Assembly: GCF_964204645.1 (NCBI RefSeq)
Contig: NC_134031.1
Location: 13,813,807-13,877,806, forward strand
Direction of reading: 5' to 3'
DNA: 64,000 nt
Source: Tubulanus polymorphus
Taxonomy: Eukaryota; Animalia; Nemertea
A program made the position numbers and the translations under genes. Under the pieces are notes generated by a model. That model saw only the letters and a list, made by a program, of their open reading frames with translations. It ran no database searches and had not been told where the DNA came from. Below, piece by piece: positions 1 through 15,638 of this stretch (position 1 is the stretch's first letter; each line of letters begins with the position of its first letter).

Positions 1-942
1 CCAATTTATATGAAAATCCTTATTTGTAATCCGTATCAGCTGTCGGGAACATGCACATGCAAAAATTATAAACATCTGTAATCTAATGAGGTTAATGTGG
101 CCAGTAGGAAATATGAGAAACTCCAGAAAACACTGAAGTTTATCCATCAATGTCACACCAGGGGGTGTTTTCTTTTCATGTATTAATGATATCAAATGGA
201 TCTAAGTAATGAACCATCGGATACTATGAACTTTTTATTCCCCCCCTCCAACAGATCGTTACAACGTCATTCTACTGTAGTAGTAATGACTAAACCAGCT
301 ATTATACGGATTGTGCACATAAATTCAAAGTTTATACGGGTAATAGTTAATTCGTATCAATTACGAATTATCTGTTATCCGTATATCACTTAATCCGTAC
401 TAAGAAGCTCAGTCCCTAGTGATACGGATTAACCGAGGTTGACTGTATTCCATTGGTCCAGAGATGGATGTCGAGCTTTGGCAACATTCTAATCGTGTAA
501 ATCAGGGGCAGATTTAGGGGGGTCCAGACTCCTGCCTTCCATTAAGGTTGACCTTTCCATCAAGACGGAAGTTGTGAAAACTGATCAATTTGACACTCAT
601 CCCGTCTGAAATTGTATCTTTTTGAGTTTGTTTCTTCAAAAATATCTTAATACCGAGAAATTTAAAAAAAAACTGGCCAAATTTGTAAAAACTTAGAAGT
701 TCCTTATTTCTATAAATAATTTTTGAAGAAATTAAATTAAAACATTTGAGAAACAGTGCGCATAAACGCCCCTTTGAAGCGGAATGTAAAAGATATCTTC
801 CAAAATTTGTTTTATACGGCTGTTCAACTGCAGCACATATGTTGCCATTCCGAGTTTTAGCACTGTTTTCTATGAGTGTACGTATTTCAGTGTATGTGTA
901 TTAATTTTTCATTTTGATTGTGCAGATTTACTTCTAGGCCTG

Positions 943-1613
943 ATAATGCACCAGTCAGTGAAATGCACCGCCCTGGGGGAGGGAGGTGGGGGGATTAGCA
1001 CTATTTAAGACTCAGTGGCGATCCAGCGACTAAATATCATGGATTCCATGCGGTAACATCCACGCATTAGCACACTCCCCAGGTAGTACCGCATTACACT
1101 GCATTATAAACAATGATTTCATTTTGCAGTGAACTGCTTGCATAAATCGTATAATCAGTGTACCCAGTCCTGGAAGTGGTTGTTTCCCGTGATCTCCATC
1201 GCTCTACCATCCTAGTCTCTGTGATACATCTGACACTAAGGTTCTTGGTGAAACGATCAGTACCGGTAACTCTAAATTAATGTTTTGTGGTTTATGTGAA
1301 GAATTCATACTGTTTTAGTTTATAGTCCTTAGCCGGTTAAGGGCTTATTGGGTACATCTCTTTATCGTCAACTTTGAACATTGCGTATGATTCATAACGC
1401 TCCACTTGGACAATATCCCCGCCATTATGTGTGATCTGTAGTGCAAACCTCCCCGCTTGGAGGGGTGATGCACAGCACAAACATAATATGTACTGAAATT
1501 GTGTCACTGCTAGCAACGCAATGAATACCCGTTGAGCGATCATCTAGTGTCAGCGCTGATCCCCGTTTTCATGCCCCATCCCCCCAGCAGTGTACTTCAC
1601 TCACTGGTGCATA
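943..1613. mobile_element. Degenerate MITE-like element
   Basis: Imperfect inverted termini ATGCACCAGTCAGTGAAATGCAC / GTGTACTTCACTCACTGGTGCAT; no TSD established. Confidence 0.45.
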
Positions 1614-1743
1614 ATTTACCATTCACTCCCTTTACTACCTGATCTCTGTAACTCCACAGTACCAGACCTATTTTTTGTGATATTTAACGCTACACATATC
1701 TTTGAAGGTGCTAAAGTGTTATCTTGTAAAGAAAACTAATAAA

Positions 1744-2172
1744 CAGTCAACCCCGCATAAGTCGGACATCGAATTAGTCGTATCATCACATCTCTCGTAT
1801 AATTATTTTGGTCCCGATATTTTTCTTCTTTAAACCCAATTATGCTTATAACTCGCGCTCAGTAAGTCGAATTTTCACTTAAGTTGTATCAATTTTGGAA
1901 GCCAAATCTTCTTATTCCATTCAAAATAAAGTAAGTCGTAGCCCGATATGCCGGCAGCAGATAAAAATACCCTACGATATTGTCTATGGAAGTGTTTAGA
2001 CAGTTACATGTAACCTTCTTAATGTCTACATAGTGCACGTGGCAGCTTTAATTGATAGATTGAGGGTAGATTTCAGCGATATAGGATATGCACTGCCAGC
2101 TCAGGATACGACCACATAACTCGTACATCAAATCGTCAGTCCCGAGGGCTACGACTTATGCGGGGTCAACTG
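1744..2172. mobile_element. Tc1/mariner-type MITE
   Basis: TIRs CAGTCAACCCCGCATAAGTCG / CGACTTATGCGGGGTCAACTG (2 mismatches), right end followed by TA; a related right end (GAGGTTGACTG-TA) occurs at ~435-447. Confidence 0.7.
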
Positions 2173-2699
2173 TAAATGCGACAAACTAATTTTTAAAAAC
2201 CCTATTCATGATGTATGATGATAAAAATTACGATAAACTAAGACAAAATACAAATCTATTGTTACCATAATCTTTATTTGTTTTAGTTGTAATTAGTACC
2301 TTTTGTTCCATAGCACATTTTTGCAACGGGGAAAACCTACAACCCATTTCTAACGAATAAACTACCAAAATGATCAGAAATTTATATATTATTAACCATT
2401 CTCATAACAGCTTAATAGACCTACATGTGTATTATAATTCACATTGAAACTAGACAAGAAAAAGATTTAATTTGATGCAAGTTTTTTAAGTTGTACACAA
2501 TTTAGATTAGTCTAGGATTGGGGAAGCTACAACTGGAGTGGGGTTTCATGAAGAGGTACGATATTTTGTATTCTTTATATGTCAAGCTTAATGATGCATT
2601 TAAGGTCTTTCACGAAATCCCATCAGACCCTTCCAGCACAAGATGGCCGCTATATTTCAAATTTAATTGCCCTTTTCCATCACAGTAAAGAAATGTAAA

Positions 2700-2900
2700 G
2701 GTAGGGGGGACACACGAGCATATTTTTTCACCCGATCGCGGCGATTAAATTCGCTGACAAATTTATACGCCTATTACGAGCGGGCACAATGCATCCTATT
2801 GGTTGGTAAAATTGGATCGCTCGGCGGAATTAGCCGAGTGCAGGCAGATGAGCGACCGGTGATCGAGTCGGCCGACGAATTACACGCTCGTGTCCCTACC
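2700..2900. mobile_element. Small MITE (possibly PIF/Harbinger-type)
   Basis: Inverted termini GGTAGGGGGACACACGAGC / GCTCGTGTCCCTACC. Confidence 0.5.
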
Positions 2901-3174
2901 TTAACTAATGCCGTGTCATTCTTGGTTCACAGACGTCATGTCATTTCATTTGCCAGCATTATCAGTGATATAAATAAACCTTTCAATGGAGGCGTGCATC
3001 TTTTCCAGAAGGGTCTAATACAGACCAGGCCATTTCTCAGTGCACAGCTGGAATTGAGACAATAAGCACACAAGCTGCGTTCAAGTTTCATCTTTCAACG
3101 AAGAACGATCAAACCGCGATGAAAACTCTTGCAAAATTTTATGTGCGCTTTAAAACAATCTAGAGTTATGAACA

Positions 3175-3318
<144 letters not shown>

Positions 3319-3597
3319 TTAAAAGAATAAAATGTTCGCCTTGGCGTTTTGTTTACTACCGACACTCAAGACTTTTTCAATACCAGAAATTGAATAAAAT
3401 TCGAGAAATTTCACTGAAAAAGGTTCACGTTAGAAAAGAGCAGTGAATGGTGTTATTAGGACATTGACATTATCATTAATATTGATGGGTTTTTCGTGAG
3501 TAACCTTCGAACATAAACATCTTTGAGTTAGGAGAGGGAAACGGTGAAAAATTCACAATAAACACTAAGAATATAATAGGGCTTTAATAATAAATCA

Positions 3598-3783
<186 letters not shown>

Positions 3784-4264
3784 TCAGGAGAGAATTCAAG
3801 AAAAAATATTTTTACCAATTTGAAATAATTAAAGAAGCTCTTCAAAGCTCATTAAAAATGATTATCTTTTGAGTATAACTTTTAGTCCACAGTATGTATG
3901 CAGCTGTCGATCTGCCCTTTGTCACAACAACAATTGTGTGTTGTATCGTTATAATCCACCCCCTCAGATAATTGGATCTTTACCTAGAGGATTTTTTCGG
4001 CGGAGGGGTCAAAACTGGCAGATTTTTGCATATGTAGTAAATGAATGGTCCCTGAAGAACAATACTAGTAGCATGCATTGTATGTGCACTTATAAGACTG
4101 GCGTATGTCGACAAGCAAAGCAACTGAGGCCGACTAGCGGGATACAAGATCCTCCCAGTTGCTTCCCTGCTTATGTCGTTTACAATTACTGGCAACTGCA
4201 ACAGTCCTGATGGTTATGTGATAAGCATTTTGAGAATAAATTTGAATTACATGTATTGGGAAAT

Positions 4265-4420
4265 ATATTTCTAATAGAAAAGCTATTTCTTTAAGATCTT
4301 TATCTTTCTGATTCTGTTTTGAATACAATGTGCTAGCGACATCATTTAAAGATGGCCGCTCACACCATAATGCTGCCAATTTCGTTTCTAGATCTTTGGT
4401 CCAGTCATCTGCCTTGCTGA
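4265..4420 (-). pseudogene. MADF/Myb-SANT-like domain remnant in TPI intron 4 (likely Harbinger-derived)
   Basis: WTKDLETKLAALWCERPSLNDVASTLYSKQNQKDKDLKEIA fits the MADF pattern W..e...L..lw..rP.L.D....Y....k.....eIA. Confidence 0.55.
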
Positions 4421-5415
4421 AGGTTTTAGTTAACATTTTTGAACTATAATTGGATTTGAAAGTTTATGACTAATTACAAATGAGGTTAACTAGCGGTCAT
4501 AATTTGTACTATGTATATGCAGTCTCTTATTTGTTGGAACCCCTTCGCTCAGTTCCGTCACATCGCAGATGAGCTTATTCGGTTGCGATCAAAAGCAACA
4601 GTCCGCCTAGTCACTCACCTGTCCAGTGTTCTCTATTGTCATAAATTCTCAGGGGCAGTATGTACGCGAGAACGAGCGCCAAAGGCGCGAGCACTTATCA
4701 GAAATTGTTGTTTCATTTTGTACGTTTTATATAAATCCTTGTAGGTCAACTTGTCTATCATGCCAAATGTGTGCAATACAGAGAAATGGCAGCCAATGGC
4801 GGTATTTGTGGAGAAATTAATTAATTTCTCAAAATAATCGCTCGAAACATACATAAAATTGGATTATTTCGAAAGGTACCTGTGTTAGTTTGTGATTTAA
4901 GCCATTGATTGTGGACTGAAGTCAATAGAAAGTATATTTTTGAAGTCCTTTTTTCAACTGACTTTTGGCCCTTGTCATCCCCTAACGTTGGTATAAGCCC
5001 ATCCGATTATAAAAAGCTTACCACCAACAATTAGGTAACTAACTACAGTCCGCCTACCGTAGGCCTAAGTAGAACTTGGGCAACTAGCCAGATACGACTT
5101 GCGACGAGTCGGTTAGGCGTTGGGTTGCCATGGCGAGCCGGATTATATCGAGCCGATAGAGCAGCAACTGGCTGTCTCTAGTAGGCCGCTAGTTGCCGCT
5201 AATCGGCGATAAATGCAGTTGCGTCGGTAGGCGTCGCATTGCTTGCCGACATAAGCCAGCCTATAGCTGCATATAGCTCAAGGCAATCATGGAAGCAGAT
5301 ACATAGCAACATCCGATGGATGTGTTGTGTTACACCTTCCTCTTGTATTGATCAGATTATCTTTTCTAGATGACATAAAAACTGATATAAATAACCAAAG
5401 TAGCCAAATACACTA

Positions 5416-5559
<144 letters not shown>

Positions 5560-7671
5560 CTATATTAGAAAGGAAATAATAAATAATCATTGCTTGAAAA
5601 ATTTGACTTAAAGCTGTCTGACTTACGCCAGTTCTACTGTATTGGGTTTTCAAACAGTTTGTGTAACTTTTACAGATACGTTAACGGTGTGGTGAACATT
5701 GGGTTTTCAGTTACCCTAACGTTTTGATGTGCACTTTTGTTTAAATGCTTTTGAATTCAAATCGGCAGTTTCAGTACGTGCTCACTGTTATTGTTTATGT
5801 TAGCAGACCTGCGCGTTTCTGACGTCATCTCTGACAAACGCCTGCAGTTTCCAGTACTTTCACTAGACATTTCTTGTGATATTTTATCGTTGTATACCAT
5901 TATATACAGTTGCTACCATTGTATATGTCATGTTAATGGTATATAAGTGAGTAGCGCTGTAGGTCTGTGAATACGGTGAACGAATGATGTTTATTTTATC
6001 GATTATACATAGGCCATGCATACTAAAAATGGTGGCACCGCGGGCTGTATGGAGCACGGAGTGAAGGATAAATAAATGACAGAGCTGCCAACCCCTGAAA
6101 ATTGTTTTGAGCGACAGAGATCCCCATTTTCCAGACAGCCATCAATTTTCAGGGACATCCAAGAATTTCAGCATTTTAGCTTTTTAACTTACAATCAAGC
6201 ACTATCTTGTGCCCAGGTGAAGAGAGCAGCATTATGGATGAATGTTTCTTAAAATTCAAGAAACAGGAAATCTAACTCAATGCGTGAGAAAGTCAAGTAC
6301 TGACAGCTAGCTCACTTGCCATATTATATCAAGCCTTGAGTACTGACTGCTAGTGCCACAGTGAACATTTGCCTCATCATATTCACTCACTGTGTATATC
6401 GATTACATATACTGCTAGCGAAAAAGAGCCAACTTTCCATTGAAAACATTGAAATTAATAAAAACCATCACAATTTCCGTGACAAAAACTTATTGTTTAA
6501 TAATCCGTGACATTTTAATGCTTCACGGGACAGCGGGACAAACGATGAAATTCCGTGACTGTCCCACGGTAACTTAATTATAAAGAATATATAGGACCAA
6601 TGGTCCAGTGGCTCGCCAAACTGGTGTGGGGAAGTAAAAAATCTGTCATGTAGCCTACTGGTACGCAAAAATTCATTTCATTGAAAATGAAACAAGAATC
6701 ATAATTTCAATACATCCCTTGAATGGCCTGAAACAACTAAAACTATGAGTGACCCGTTAAGATACGGTACAAACTTGGTGAGAGCTTGGGTTTCATCGGA
6801 GGTTTTTCATTATCATATAGGGACCGATCAGGACAGAAGCTCCCAAGTTCTTCAAATTTGAGGCCAGTGCCGGTTACTGATGAAACAAAGTTTATCGACT
6901 GACATGGTCTTCAATGATTTCACGATAGGATTGCTTTAAGCTTATATCTTCACTCAAATCAAAGACAAATCATTTACGCACGACCTACACCGTGGCGCGC
7001 ATACAGAGATGTCCTGGTTACTGCTCATCCTGGGTTACTGGAGCATTTTGTCTACGTGACTAGGATCACAGGTCCCTGATAAGACTCGTGGAGGTGCAGG
7101 GTTCTATCAATTCAGAATGTCTCCCTCTGGAATGAATTGTTTAATTTGGCCTACACGTAGACGTTTTATTGGGCACACCGTTTTTTGAACTTTCTGGAAG
7201 CAGACATGTGTGGGAAGTCTCTTCCCCTCCCATTTTTGTTAAGGAGTTTTTGTATCAATCTCTTTTTGGTGAGTTTAAACTTAATACTTGGGTTTTCATT
7301 TACTTTAATTAGGGGAAATATTAATTATCATTAATTATTTGTATCTTACAGTCAATAACATAAATTTTGGGGTTTTGAAACGTTGCCTCCACTGGTTTTA
7401 CCAGCGGTACGTTGATTGCATTTTAAATTATATTTCAGGGTCTTTTCTCTCCCCGTTATTTCTTTTCGAAGTTCGTTAAGTATTTAGTTGCGGAACTCTC
7501 AGTGTGTGCGTGCTTTATAATTTTTTAAACAAGGAATTCTGTTGTTGTGGAGATTGTCAAATAAAGGAGCTTGATAGCGGAGCTACTATTGTTTTTGTCT
7601 TTTATTTTGGGCATCCAGTGATCCAGACAGTGGACCACTCTGCTACTGTCACATATCGTAGTCGGTATTTA

Positions 7672-7842
<171 letters not shown>

Positions 7843-8564
7843 TTAAGGATCAATGGCAGAGAGAATAATAATAGTAATGGAAAACCTTTCTAAATCTTAT
7901 AACTAGAAAGAGTCTTTTTATCTGGTCAGGTTAGCAACAAGATAGCAATTGCAGTTCGATCAAAGACATTCAAATAATTTGAGTTGCAGATAACTCTACA
8001 TCAGTTTGCACTGAATCGTAAGACCATTCAAAATTAACGATAGTTTACGAGTCTAAGCAAACCAAAGAATCCAATGCTGGGCCAGGGCCACTGATCTGAC
8101 TGAAGGGGCAGAAGATTATGTGTTCAAGTCTACTCTCATAGTTACTGGGTTGGGACATCCTGATATGACGGTAGGCGGGAAAATGATTATTATTTTATAG
8201 AATTCCTTCCATTTCTTCTTTCAGAAATAAATTCATTCTTTCTTTCAACAAACTCGTCATTGCAATAAATTTCATACCAATTTCATACCGACTAATCCAG
8301 TTACAAAGCTATCTTGTGTCAAAAACAAAGAAAACTGGGAAAATGAACCATAAGTCGAACCACTAGGCCTATAACATCGTGGTCGGCTGAGTTGTTGGGG
8401 TAATCCTAAAACCAAGTCAGGCTAATTATGTAGTAGTGTGCTTACTTATTTCAGGGCTCAACCTTTCAGACTTTAAAGTGTCATTAGAGAGAAGAGGGAA
8501 AGAAATTACAAATTTTCAAGCGCAATTCTTAGTATTCAAGCCATCAATTGTTGTCTTTGTTTTA

Positions 8565-8765
<201 letters not shown>

Positions 8766-10003
8766 TCAGATAGCCAAATATGAAAGAAAATTGATTTTAG
8801 AACTAGGGGGCTTCAAGAGGCCCATGGGCCTTGCAGCATTGGTAGATTATACTGTGGTAAGGTATTAAGTGGTTAATGCTTAACATCTGCCGGAAAATGT
8901 TCTTTGACGATGTTGATTGGGAGGACCACAGATTTAAGAATTGAATTTCATATTTTTGCCGAACGATTAAGCCTAGGCTAATTGTACTGTTAAACATCAT
9001 TAATGCTATTTTGTTTAAAAGACAAAACTAGTTTATTCTGATGTTTTCCATCATGTCCCAGCCAAGAGATTTATATCAAGATTTATCAAGGCCCTATTGC
9101 TGAATAATGAAAACAAAAACAGAACGATTCAATGAAAATTTTAGAAATTAAAAGCGTTTTCCCGAACAATAAGAGCGATCTTGAACCCATGAATATCATA
9201 TTTTGGAAGGTAATGGCTATTTCCAATGTGACACATTCATATTTCTCATCCGATTTCGATATTCCAGGCTTGATATGAAAGAATGTTGTGCGCATTTGAA
9301 GCCCTCGATCATCAAAATTGGTGAACGATTTCGTGTCGAAATCAACGTTTTAAATTTCAAAATCGACAAAGCCGGTATCATAGCATTTTCGGTCCAGGTG
9401 ATTTCGGCCCTAATTTCGTGTTAAAAGATATATAATTCATGAACTATTCATTGGAAGTTAACGGGATTAGTTGCGTTAGAAGCAGGAAGCTATTAGCTCT
9501 CATATCATGCCTGGATTATAGAAATCGGATGAGAAATAACGAAATAGTAAGTGACTGAAGTTGAGTAGTTTGTGAGCGTCATTAGCCCCCTTGTTATCTT
9601 ATGTATGTTATATACATAAGATTAACAGATTATCATTTTTACATTACCTACAACTCTGATACCAGCCCCTGTGGTCTGGGTAGGTGGGTACAATAGGATC
9701 GTAGAGCAACAGAGATCACTGCGGAGACAGCCACACTACAGGACTGGGTAAAATGTAAACGCTGTGGCTACTCGTACGGATCCGTACGGATTACTCTGGA
9801 GGCTATTCGTACGGAACTAGGAACTGTACGCTAATAACTGTCACTGATTGGCTGATTTATGCCACGCATGCGCACAGAGGTGCGCGATTTAGAAAATCCA
9901 AGGAAAGTGTGACGAATAATACCACTTGACTAGTCTAGTACCATCGTTCTTGTTTCAAATCCTTAAGGTTAAAATTGACCAAAATCTATGCGTTTTATCA
10001 ACA

Positions 10004-11275
10004 AACTAGGGGTCCAGGGACACCATGCCCACTTGGGAAGTGGTTTCAAATGCTCAACAATCTAACAAATTCAACATTCAACGCCCCCTGGTGACCATTT
10101 ACAAAAACCAATGACCTTGAAACTCACCACAATCATAGAACATGTCAGCAGCTACGATTTTGTAATTGATTGTGATAACAAAATATGCCTCGTTACCAAT
10201 TAAATATGGAAATACTAAGTCATTCTACTATTCAACGCCCCCTGGTGACCATATTCAAAACCCAATGACCTCGAAACTCACCACAATCATAGAACATGTC
10301 ATGAACTACAACTTTGCAATTGATCATGGTGACAAAATATGCCTAGGTACCAATATAATAAGGAAATACTAATTTATTCTACTATTCAACGCCCCCTGGT
10401 GACCATATAGAAAAACTTATGTCCTCAAAACTCGCAACAATCATAGATGATGTCATGAGCTACAACTTTCCAATTGATTGTGGTAACAAAATATGCATAG
10501 GTACGAATATAATAAAGAAATGCTAAGATATTGTATTATTCAACGCCCCCTGGTGGCCATATACGAAATCCAATTACCTTGAAACTCACCACAATCATAG
10601 AACACGTTATGAGCTACAACTTTCTAATTGATTGTGGTAGCAAAATACGCTTGGGTATCAATATAATGTGGAAAAACTTTTTCCCACTTACGAATGAGTA
10701 CTGGTGACACCAAGATGGCCGCCAATGGCGTCATAATTGGCTGATGAAAAATACCTGTCTCAGGTATAACACATCCCTTTCCAAAGAATACCCATCACAA
10801 ATTGTAATGAGAAATGGCAAATCAGTAGGAAGCTACAGGACTCAGAATTCGGGCCAAAATTTACATTTTTGGGCACTAAAAAGGTCATAGGACGGCCATC
10901 TTGAGTCCGACCGACCCAATTTTTGTTATGTTGATGGGCCCTGGGGGGGGATTCACATATATCTGAAAGATCAAGGTAATTGATCGAAGCGTCTTCAAAA
11001 TTTCCCTCAAAAAGTTCAAAAATGTGTAAAAAGTGCTGATTTTGGCGAAAAACAATGGCTGCCCGTCGGCCATCTTGATTCTGACAGGGCCAGTTTTTGG
11101 GCTGAAGATGTGTCTAGGGTAGATACATGTGTAACCCAAATATCAAGACATTACCTTGAAGCGTCTTCAAAACTTCCCAAAATAACTGGATTCCGTCTAC
11201 GGACGGACGAACGGACGACGGACGAAAAGTGAACGCAATAGCCCCCTGGGACTAAAGTCCCAAGTGGGCTAAAAA
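10004..11275 (-). mobile_element. Non-autonomous Helentron-associated element (HINE/DINE-1-like), copy 1
   Basis: 12-bp subterminal inverted repeats GCCCACTTGGGA/TCCCAAGTGGGC, 5' hairpin GGGACT..AGTCCC, CGTC-type microsatellite, internal 154-bp tandem repeats (units at 10077, 10231, 10385, 10539), 3' end GTCCCTGGACCCCTAGTT, T-rich junctions; four copies in the window. Confidence 0.8.
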
Positions 11276-13485
11276 TAACATTAAGAGTAATTTCAGAGAG
11301 GCATATTGAATTTTCACATTTTATTAATTTAGTCCTTATTGAAAATCCCGATTGTGGCAATCAATTCAATTCAAATCATATCAATAAAATCTCCGGTTCA
11401 CGATTTAAATCATCAAAAATATTATTATATAACAGGTTTTCAAAGTCAACAAGGTAACTCATTTATTTATTTTAGTACACAGGTTTGATTTGACACTAAA
11501 ATCAGTTGTTGCATTGCAATAAACAGTGAGTTAACTTCTATACGATACTTTAGCATCAGACGTTGTAGGGAACCGGTAACAATGACTGAAGACCTCAGAC
11601 GACATTCGAGATACGAGGTACGACTTGTTTTACAATACGGGTGTCCGTCCGCTAGCGCCACCGCAGTGTTTTTTTTCAACATTTACTCGGCGTATACTAC
11701 GACACGTGCGCAGGCGGTGTGGCGTAGGCCCCTATACATTAACTATGAATATCAATATGCGAAAAACGTTTCATTTGAAACGAAAAATATTTAAAACAAA
11801 ATAATATTTTGATCATAGAAGTGTAAACTGAATTTGATTTAATTTGGGATCATTGATAACGCGCCGCGTCGGTGGGACTCGAGTGCGGCTGCCCGGGCAT
11901 TGTGGACAGTGTCGAGCGTGAGTGAGGCACCCAGCTGCTGGTCCTACGTCGGCGGGTCTGATCAACAGCGGTGATTTTGAAATCGTATCGCATCGTCTTT
12001 CGCAATTTGTGAGATCCCCTGTCGATCAACTGCTATATAGCTCCCGACAACTAGGCATTCTTGCCGGGGACCGGCTTCACGCTACGTCGATCCTGGGCGA
12101 CTCTAAGTGTGAGACACCGATGGTCCGGTGATTAGAATAGGCTCCAAATACAGGGCTACAGCCCCTAAATCCACCAAAAACCCCTCAAATTTCAAAATCC
12201 ATTTTTGAGTGTAGGCCTACAAAAAACCCTCAAAAAGAGTTAGCCATGGCCCCTTCAAATTGGTGGTGCTAAGAATTGCGCCTAGTCAAGGGTTTAAACG
12301 TCGCGTTCAATCGAGGGTTTTCGATGAAGAATGAAAGATGTATGTATTACGAATGCCGATGACCAAAGAGTTTTTAAAAAAGTCCGACACATGCGGAATC
12401 TGTTTAGTGTACTATGATTTTCAACGAATGAATTGAAACATGGATATGAATTAAAAATACTAAAGATAACATAAATATATTGAATGAATTATTCATTATC
12501 AGAATGGAGTTCCACTGTATCACTCTCAGCTCCTGGCCCTAGTCCAGCTGATTTCGTTTATCACGACGCTTTTTGCGATGGGTGCAAACGCACCATACAA
12601 GCAAAGTTCCGGAGTTCCGCTAATTCCCAGTCTAGAAAAATTTTACTTGATATTTCCATGGATCTCTTATCTTTACAAATGTAAGAGCAGTTGTGTTTTG
12701 CTGAAGGCTTATTATTTATGTGGTTCCTGTATATATTATATATTCCTGTATTATTTATATGGTAGTTTTGTCAATAAACAGTTTTAAAACTGGCCATGTT
12801 AATTGATAAGAATGATCTTAATCTCCGATTATGAAAGTTATTCAGATTCAGCCATTTGGCCCTTTTCATGAAAGATGCCAGAAAAGAAAGATAGCCAAAA
12901 TGCCCTCAGAATACACAAGTACATGTACCTAAATTGAACAAATTTTCAGGGGAGGACCCCAGACTATGGCTTATACTATGGCTACCCAGAAAGACAGTGC
13001 CGCATACTGCCCTGACGGTTAGCGAAAACTGGCTCGTCTCGACTCTCAACGGCTGGTCTAGTTGACTCACCAGTCTGCCCCGGTAGCTCTTTAGGGATGG
13101 CATTTAGTTGGGGATTTCAAACCTTGAGAGAGAGCACGGTTGTTCTTAATCTGGAGACCAGGGCGATGTACGGGTTCCCGGGTTGTTTGGGATTCAAGAA
13201 CTCAGGCTGGGGTGTCAAACAGCGGAGGAGGGGCACAAGAGGGTTGGGATTTCCGGCTGTGGAGTTTTTTTTTAGAATTTTGATTTCTGATGCAGAAAAG
13301 CCGGCCGGTCTACGGCGGGTGGTGAACAGAAGTTATTTTTTCTGCAGGCGGTGAGTAACCGGAACCCCGGCCCCTGAACACAAGGCCGTTTTCAGACCAA
13401 AGGAAGACAAGAAATAGCATAATATCATGAACTTTGTGATTTGAAAAACTTTTCATCGCCCGCAGGAGAGGAACAGCCGGCGCGC

Positions 13486-13972
13486 CTAATGTCTATTTCA
13501 ACCTGACTTGAGAGCATTCCGGGTGGCCTAGCTCGCTAATTTTTGGTGAGACATACCTGACAAAGGTCTTAATAGGACCAGAAAGGACAGGCAGTCGACC
13601 TAAATCATCGAAACTGTATTGAAGGATATCCTAAAAGTCTTCACTGAAAGGGGTTAAATGAAAAGAAGTGACTCCATGATTTGAAAGTTTAACAATATGT
13701 TTCCATGCCTGCGTACCAAACTTCAGTAGGTAGGCATGGAGACATATTGTTAAACTTTCAAATCATGGAGTCTCTTTTCTCTCAGGAACCCCTCTCAATG
13801 CAGATTTTTTGGATATCCTTCAATACGGTTTAAAGTAGATTAGAAAACGATATTTTAGGTCATATGCCAATGCATTCTGTTCCTAATAAGACTTCTATCA
13901 GGTATGTACTACCAAAACTGACTGAGCTAGGCCACCAGGAATGCTCCCAAGTCAGGTTGAAATAGACATTAG
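13486..13972. mobile_element. Foldback MITE
   Basis: Long imperfect inverted arms beginning CTAATGTCTATTTCAACCTGACTTG and ending CAAGTCAGGTTGAAATAGACATTAG. Confidence 0.75.
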
Positions 13973-15122
13973 TCCAGGGTGTTCACAGTATTGCCTAATC
14001 GTTGTGTCCGGTCCAGGTGTCCATTATCCAAAAGAAATATATTTCTGGTTTGAATAAAATGTTGACTATGTTGGTTTTCATATAATTGACGATGACTATA
14101 CGCGTCACCATGTTAAACGATTTAAATGCAGTAAATATTGAAAAAACATACACTGCGGTGGCGCTAGCGGACGGACTGTAAATAAGTCGTATCTCATAGG
14201 ATGTAATATGTCGTATGTTAGGCCTATATGTGGTATCTCGTATGTTATATCTCATATCTCGTATGTTAATCTCATATCTCGAATGTCGTCTGAGGTCTTC
14301 CATAATTAGGGTTTTCTGTTTCTTCACAGAAAACCCTATTGAAATTCGCGTGATTATTATTTTTTTTTCCCTTTTCCACACAGTTTTTGTTAAAAGTGTA
14401 AAGGCTTCCTTACCTTACCGCTGTCGCCGATACAATCCGTATGATATCCTTCAGCTCACTTCAATCTCCAGATACTGCATGGGAATTTTGATAAATCCAC
14501 GTTATAAAGGCACTGTCGAGCCGTAAACATCGGAAATTTGGCTCCGTTCAATTAGTAGCCATGCTGTGTTTTCTTTCCGAAATTTCTCTCTTCTTTATGA
14601 GGAAGAGCTATCGAATTATTCCCTCTCTTCTCCACAATCAATTTCAAAGTCAATTTTATGAATTTATTGCTCAGCGGGTCCGAGTCCAAGAGTTTACGAG
14701 TCCAGCGTTCGCGTGTCTGACAGGTTTACGGGCATTTGTTGGTTACCTCTTTAATATTTTTGATTTCTTGTTATTCCGGTTATTTCATTTAGGTATATTG
14801 CTGATCAGTTCATGTAACCAAAAGCGTCAATAAACAGATTTTGAATTGATCAAGTTTAAATCAAGGTCGTTGAGTCGCGGAGGGCTATTAGAATTACGTT
14901 CGTCTCAGAGAGAAAACAAACAACAGAAAAGTATCAGGTGATTATCGATAGCCTACTACGGTACACACAGTTGACAAACAGTGTTAGGCCTGTGCCGGTC
15001 GGTGAGTACTGGGAATAAATATACTGGTTGTTCAGTTGGTTCGGTTGTGAAGTGTGGAAGCTAAGAAAGCCTACCGGTATGTAGGCCTATTATATAGTAC
15101 CCAATAGCATTTTAAGTACGTA

Positions 15123-15449
15123 GTTGTTACCTGTACGTGACTGTACGGTGATCTCCACAGGTTAACCATACGTGAGTTCCCTACTAACGCCGTACGTGAG
15201 TTCCAATAATCTGCAAACACGCGTGCGTAAAAGAATAGAGTTTGGGTTAGGTGAGGCTAGGCTATTTGTAAATCAAATTTCATCTAACCTGCAGTTACGT
15301 TCTGTGGCACAGTGGGTAAATCACTGGACTACCACTGGATTTTTTTTTTTTCTTTGGTTTCGAATCCCAATATTGCATGTCTGAGCGTCAACGTACTCAC
15401 ATATGGCTAACCTGTAGAAATCACCGTACAGTCACGTACAGGTAACAAC
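15123..15449. mobile_element. MITE with ~30-bp perfect TIRs
   Basis: GTTGTTACCTGTACGTGACTGTACGGTGAT / ATCACCGTACAGTCACGTACAGGTAACAAC. Confidence 0.7.
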
Positions 15450-15638
15450 AGCGTTTTAAGTATTAAGTGAGTGCGACAAGCCTACCATGCCTATGTGCTA
15501 CAAACACAACTTTTTCCCCTCTCGTCGGCCCTACAGTGATGTTACTAATAACTGGTGCCATTATAACATGGATAGGATTTGGTCAGGACTAGCCTAAAGT
15601 CTAATTCAGTGTATGTACTAATTCACTCGATAGGCTTA

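Noticed and set aside
15300-15372. tRNA gene
   Set aside because: A-box and B-box-like words are present but no cloverleaf, and a poly-T interrupts it; at best a SINE-derived remnant inside a MITE.
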